Under the pieces are notes generated by a model. It saw only the letters and a list, made by a program, of their open reading frames with translations. It searched no databases and was not told where the DNA came from. 64,000 nt of DNA from an uncultured Candidatus Saccharibacteria bacterium. GTDB lineage: Bacteria; Patescibacteriota; Saccharimonadia; Saccharimonadales; CAZDQS01. Where the stretch lies: contig CAZDQS010000002.1 of the NCBI GenBank assembly GCA_964507855.1, positions 91,284 to 155,283 on the forward strand. Reading direction: 5' to 3'. Positions 59,786-64,000 of this stretch are shown in pieces (position 1 is the first letter of the stretch; every line of letters begins with the position of its first letter). Position numbers and translations under genes: made by a program.

Positions 59786-60715
59786 CTAAACGACCGATCG
59801 CCATTCGGGGAATAATTCTGAGTCGCCTTTTTGAATTTCTTCGTAGGCTTTGGCGATTTTTTGAGCAATCGGCCCCGGCTTGCCATCTCCAACCGGTCGC
59901 TTGTCGATAGACAGCACCGGCGTAACCCGCGCTGAGCTGCCGCACATAAACACCTCGTCCGCAACATACAGCTCACTCCGGTCGATACTACGCTCCCGGT
60001 ATGGAATATCCAGCTCTCGGGAGATGTCCAGAATGCTGCTCCTGGTTATGCCCTCGAGTATGTCTGTCGCCGCATCAGGCGTAATTAGCTGGCCATTGCG
60101 CACAATGAACAGGTTCGCCACCGTACCTTCGGCCACATGGCCGTGAGCGTCAATCGCAATCGCCTCATCATAGCCGTTTAAGATAGCCTCGTTCTTCATT
60201 AGACTAGCATTCACGTAACTGCCATTTACCTTGGCGCGGGACGGAATTGCGTTATCTGCATTGCGAGTCCAACTGGAAACGCAGACGTTGATACCCGAGC
60301 GGGGCAGGATTTCACCCATTGGGTAAACGTAGGCCGTGAGACTATTCTTCAGCCCGTGGATTTTTGTGCCGGCGATCAGCTCATCAATAAAAACCGTCAC
60401 ACGTATAAGCACATCCTCCTGCACCCGATTCCGACGAATTAGCTCAAGCATCGTGGCCTCGAACTTTTCGTATGTCCACCCTTGAGCAAAGCTGTGAAAA
60501 TCGAGAATCCTGGCAGAATCAACGAGCCGGCGATAGTGATCCTTGAGCCGAAAGACGTAGAGCTTACCCTGCTCTTCGTTCCAGTTGGCGCTAAAGACTG
60601 TGTAGACACTTAACCCGTAAAGTATCGGCGAGCTTGCAATGCTCAGGTTTGCATCCTTGAAGGGCACGAACCCATCCCTCAGATAAACGTCTGCTTGTTG
60701 GTAGTCAAATGCCAT
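59786..60715 (-). CDS. class IV aminotransferase (branched-chain / D-amino-acid aminotransferase family)
   Basis: GFVPFKDANLSIASSPILYGLSVYTVF...EGTVANLFIVRNGQLITP...LEGITR is the fold-type IV PLP signature. Confidence 0.8.
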   Translation of the reverse strand: MAFDYQQADVYLRDGFVPFKDANLSIASSPILYGLSVYTVFSANWNEEQGKLYVFRLKDHYRRLVDSARILDFHSFAQGWTYEKFEATMLELIRRNRVQEDVLIRVTVFIDELIAGTKIHGLKNSLTAYVYPMGEILPRSGINVCVSSWTRNADNAIPSRAKVNGSYVNASLMKNEAILNGYDEAIAIDAHGHVAEGTVANLFIVRNGQLITPDAATDILEGITRSSILDISRELDIPYRERSIDRSELYVADEVFMCGSSARVTPVLSIDKRPVGDGKPGPIAQKIAKAYEEIQKGDSELFPEWRSVV

Positions 60716-60738
60716 TATTTCTTTAGTATACTAAATGT

Positions 60739-61641
60739 ATGAAAATTGCCATCCTCTGCGGCGGAAATTCCAGCGAACGTGATATTTCACTGCGTAGCGG
60801 GCGAGCGGTCGCCGCTGCCCTGGAAACAAAACACTACGAAGTAACTGTACTTGACACACAAGAAGAGTGGGAGGCAATAAAGCATCAAATGCTCTTATGC
60901 GACGTTGCCTTCCCGGTATTGCACGGGGCAGGAGGCGAAGACGGCACCATTCAAAGACTCCTCGAAGACATCAACATGCCATACGTCGGCTCAGGAATTG
61001 AGGCCTCAGAAGTGTGCTTCGACAAGTGGCGCTATAAACAGCTACTTAACGAGCGCGGTGTCACGACACCAAAAGGAGAGCTTGTAGACGCCAACAAATT
61101 TTGGCTATCGCAGCTCATACACAAGCCTTACGTGTTGAAGCCACTGGGCGGCGGCTCGAGCATTGATACAATTATCGCCCGTGACCCGGCCAAAGTTGAC
61201 CGTGCTCAGGTAGAGGATATCTTTAGCCGCAACCCACATATGCTGCTCGAAGAACTGATTACAGGAACGGAGATAACTGTTGGTGTTCTCGGTACGAAGG
61301 CCCTGCCGGTTATCGAAATTATCCCGCCCGACAGTGGTGAATTCGACTTCGAGAATAAGTACAACGGCAAGACACAAGAACTCTGCCCGCCTCAAAATGT
61401 TGACGAGGCGGTACAAGAAAAGGCACAACGCCTGGCCGAGCAGGTCCACGCAATCTGCGGCTGCAAAGATATGTCACGCACCGACATGATTGTTGCCGCC
61501 GACAACACGCTCTACGTCCTTGAGACCAACACTATCCCCGGCATGACCGACCAAAGCCTGCTCCCCAAAGCCGCCCAGGCACATGGCCTCTCGATGCCCG
61601 ACCTGGTAGACACACTCGTACAGACCGCTATCCAAGCCTAG
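60739..61641 (+). CDS. ddl: D-alanine--D-alanine ligase
   Basis: MKIAILCGGNSSERDISLRSG...FPVLHGAGGEDGTIQ...ETNTIPGMT. Confidence 0.9.
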   Translation: MKIAILCGGNSSERDISLRSGRAVAAALETKHYEVTVLDTQEEWEAIKHQMLLCDVAFPVLHGAGGEDGTIQRLLEDINMPYVGSGIEASEVCFDKWRYKQLLNERGVTTPKGELVDANKFWLSQLIHKPYVLKPLGGGSSIDTIIARDPAKVDRAQVEDIFSRNPHMLLEELITGTEITVGVLGTKALPVIEIIPPDSGEFDFENKYNGKTQELCPPQNVDEAVQEKAQRLAEQVHAICGCKDMSRTDMIVAADNTLYVLETNTIPGMTDQSLLPKAAQAHGLSMPDLVDTLVQTAIQA

Positions 61642-62894
61642 GCAGGAAACTGTTCGCGCTTTTTCTTGAGCCACTCGTCAGATTGCCGAACCAGCTTGTC
61701 GGTGTCCGCCGGGTCAGCCAACAGCAGCTTGACCGACTCTTCGGCGAATACGCCGTTTTGCGACCCCTTGGCAAGCACAAGCGCACCCGGTTCAAGTACA
61801 CTCCTAACAAACTCGCCCGCTTTGTATGGACTATCAAACGTCTTGACCTTGCATCCCTTGGCTTCCGCCGCTGGCGCCAGGATGGCGTTCGCATCTTTGC
61901 CAATCGTCACTACCCACGCCAACTGGCGAGGGTCGCAGTACTCGCCTACTTCGCGGTGCGCCTGCTCTGAATATTCGCCAAGCTCATTCATGTTGCCCAA
62001 GATAGCTATTTTCTGCGGCGCATCGAGGCGATACAGCGCCGCAAGCGCCGCCTTAGCCGCGTCAGGGCTAGAGTTATAGGTATCATCGAGAATAGTGGTG
62101 TTGTTAACGCCTTTCAGTTGCTGCATCCGGCCATTGACGGCACGGATAGCGGCAATGCCATTCTTGATATCTTCCGAGGTCATGCCAAGCATATCTCCAG
62201 CCGCCGCGGCTGCTACCGCAGAGTAAAGCTGCGCCTCGGCAGTCCAGGCATATTGAGCACGCACGAGCACTTGCTCTCGCTTCCGAACTTTTACGGCCGT
62301 ATCATCAGGCTTGATGAGATAATCAGCTTTTTCACGCACCGCATAGCTGCTCTTTGGCGCCGCAACCTGCTCAATATAGCCTTCTCCACAGAGGTCTTTG
62401 TTATACAGCAGCTGCTTGCTAAAGCCAGCAATTGCCGTCTCTTCTTGTGCCACAGCGTCCAATGTCCCGAAGTACTCCATATGCTCCGGCGCAATTGCCG
62501 TCAGTACCCCAATGTCCGCTGCGATATAGGCGCCAAACTGCGCAATATCGCCTGGGTGATCCGTACCCAACTCCACCACGACCACATCGTACGGGTATGG
62601 CCGCGCCAGCGTGCGTTCATTGGCAATAAATACCCGGAGCCAAGCCAGCGGATTAAACAAGCTTGGCATCGTCTGTCCGAAATACACCAGCGGCACAGAT
62701 ACGAGGTCATTATAGTTGCCCTCCTGGTACTGCACCCGGTAGTGCTGGCCAAGCACGGTTGCGACGGCAAATTTCGTGCTGGTCTTGCCGATGCTACCAG
62801 CGATCGCCACCGTGGTAAACGTGTTCTTTGCCCTCAGCCGCCTGACTTGCCAACCCAGGATTGCTGCTATTGTGTGTTTTGCGATTTTTTTCAT
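61638..62894 (-). CDS. murF: UDP-MurNAc-tripeptide--D-Ala-D-Ala ligase
   Basis: Mur ligase P-loop AIAGSIGKTSTK and ILGNMNELGEYS, typical of MurF. Confidence 0.8.
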   Translation of the reverse strand: MKKIAKHTIAAILGWQVRRLRAKNTFTTVAIAGSIGKTSTKFAVATVLGQHYRVQYQEGNYNDLVSVPLVYFGQTMPSLFNPLAWLRVFIANERTLARPYPYDVVVVELGTDHPGDIAQFGAYIAADIGVLTAIAPEHMEYFGTLDAVAQEETAIAGFSKQLLYNKDLCGEGYIEQVAAPKSSYAVREKADYLIKPDDTAVKVRKREQVLVRAQYAWTAEAQLYSAVAAAAAGDMLGMTSEDIKNGIAAIRAVNGRMQQLKGVNNTTILDDTYNSSPDAAKAALAALYRLDAPQKIAILGNMNELGEYSEQAHREVGEYCDPRQLAWVVTIGKDANAILAPAAEAKGCKVKTFDSPYKAGEFVRSVLEPGALVLAKGSQNGVFAEESVKLLLADPADTDKLVRQSDEWLKKKREQFPA

Positions 62895-62904
62895 ACGTAC
62901 CTAG

Positions 62905-63834
62905 TTATTGAATTGCCTGCAAACGCTCTTGGAGTTCGCTGATTGGGATAGTTTCTTCTGGGACGCGCACCCCTGGGCGGACGCCGTGGCTGAAGTATTC
63001 TTCTTCCCGGCCGCCGGCCGTTTCGTATGTTAGCGAGCGAAGGTTTCGTGAATATGGCTCTATCGAAAACTGGATCAGGAGATCCGGCGAGTTTTCGTAA
63101 TCACTCGCATTGAGTCCTGGTACTTCGCCGATACCGGAAAGCCGGGCGTATGTTTGCAACATGCCGATATAGGCTGCTGGCTTGATAGCGACCGGAAAGT
63201 TATAGATGGCACGACCATTGGCCGCAGTCTTTTCAACCTGGGCGTAATCCGGCACGAACACGTCATGTTCACGCATGAACCGGATCAATTCTTGTCTCTG
63301 TTCTGCCGGCAGGTTACCGTATGGCACCACCCCGAGCAGATACTCCGCAAGGTATTGGGAGCCGCCGGCCTCATCTTCAGGCTCAGTCTTCCCCCACACA
63401 CCTATAACGTTCGAGAAATCCAGCGGCTGGCCTGAGCTGCCGGCAATGGGCGTATCAACGCTCGTATAGCGGTTGTAAGCAGCATCTTTTGTGGCAATGC
63501 TTTCGGTCACAACTCGACTATCCCCCTCTTCGGTAGCCTGCCGTACATAGGTAACGCTGTGTGCAAGCGTCGTGTCGCCGAATCCAAGCTCAGCGTATTG
63601 TTCGGTTGAACCCAGTTGATTACTTTCGGCTGTGCGCTTCGTCACGCCGTAGGACGACAGATTATTCTCTATCATGCCCCAAAAGACCCGCTCCGGCTGC
63701 ACGTAGACATAACGCGCCCACAGCCAACCGCCAAGCAGCAAAAGGGCTGCCCCGATGCCAAACAGCAACACGTAGAGCTTCCTGGAATACAGCTGGTGAG
63801 TCGACACTTTGATTGCTCGGGGGCTTGTAGGCAT
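62905..63834 (-). CDS. hypothetical membrane-anchored protein
   Basis: 309 aa with an N-terminal TM helix (LYVLLFGIGAALLLLGGWLWA). Confidence 0.6.
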   Translation of the reverse strand: MPTSPRAIKVSTHQLYSRKLYVLLFGIGAALLLLGGWLWARYVYVQPERVFWGMIENNLSSYGVTKRTAESNQLGSTEQYAELGFGDTTLAHSVTYVRQATEEGDSRVVTESIATKDAAYNRYTSVDTPIAGSSGQPLDFSNVIGVWGKTEPEDEAGGSQYLAEYLLGVVPYGNLPAEQRQELIRFMREHDVFVPDYAQVEKTAANGRAIYNFPVAIKPAAYIGMLQTYARLSGIGEVPGLNASDYENSPDLLIQFSIEPYSRNLRSLTYETAGGREEEYFSHGVRPGVRVPEETIPISELQERLQAIQ

Positions 63835-63944
63835 GGGATTATTGTACCAGTATTACGGCAGACTGGCGGTAACGAAGATGAGCCTTTAGGCCGGCCACCG
63901 GTTCCCCTCATCTCGACCACTGTGATATACTCTTGTTGATTTAG

Positions 63945-64000
63945 GGGGCATTGGCGCAGTTGGCTAGCGCGCTTCCATGGCATGGAAGAGGTCATCGGTT
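63945..64000 (+). tRNA. tRNA-Ala (anticodon GGC), 3' end outside window
   Basis: GGGGCAT-TG-GCGC-AGTTGGCTA-GCGC-G-CTTCC-ATGGCAT-GGAAG-AGGTC-ATCGGTT... The cloverleaf is consistent up to the T-arm. Confidence 0.7.

Overview
This 64-kb window comes from a small-genome bacterium. Its gene content is compatible with a Patescibacteria/CPR (Saccharibacteria-like) organism: atpD/atpC, ddl-murF, trmD-KH-rpsP, rnc, nusB, leuS, a Cys-less 47-aa bL32 and a 2597-aa membrane-anchored beta-propeller surface protein. That lineage call is inference only. The centre of the window (12718-48600) is a ~35.9-kb podovirus-like prophage inserted in the 3' end of tRNA-Gln(CUG). It is bounded by a perfect 36-bp direct repeat and has a tyrosine integrase at the tRNA-distal end. 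All prophage genes but one lie on the minus strand: recombination/early genes, terS, terL, portal, scaffold, capsid, a six-gene sugar-nucleotide/glycosyltransferase block, tail genes, lysis genes, integrase. Late genes are preceded by a repeated extended -10 promoter followed by a conserved ACACGGGCAGG leader. Left of the prophage lies a lower-GC scar (10553-12533) with a truncated VOC gene and a two-gene restriction-endonuclease-like cassette. The tRNA-Gln hot spot is flanked by two extra tRNA-Gln gene fragments. Each fragment is interrupted by a homologous ~85-nt hairpin element that shows compensatory base changes between the two copies. Right of the prophage are a Ni-SOD operon (sodN-DUF1653-sodX) and core genes. 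Between rpsP and rnc sits a ~0.68-kb ORF-free, helix-rich transcription unit with a consensus promoter and terminator that I could not assign to any RNA family I know. No CRISPR array, rRNA or IS transposase was seen. All calls rest on reading the sequence and ORF translations by eye; no searches were run.
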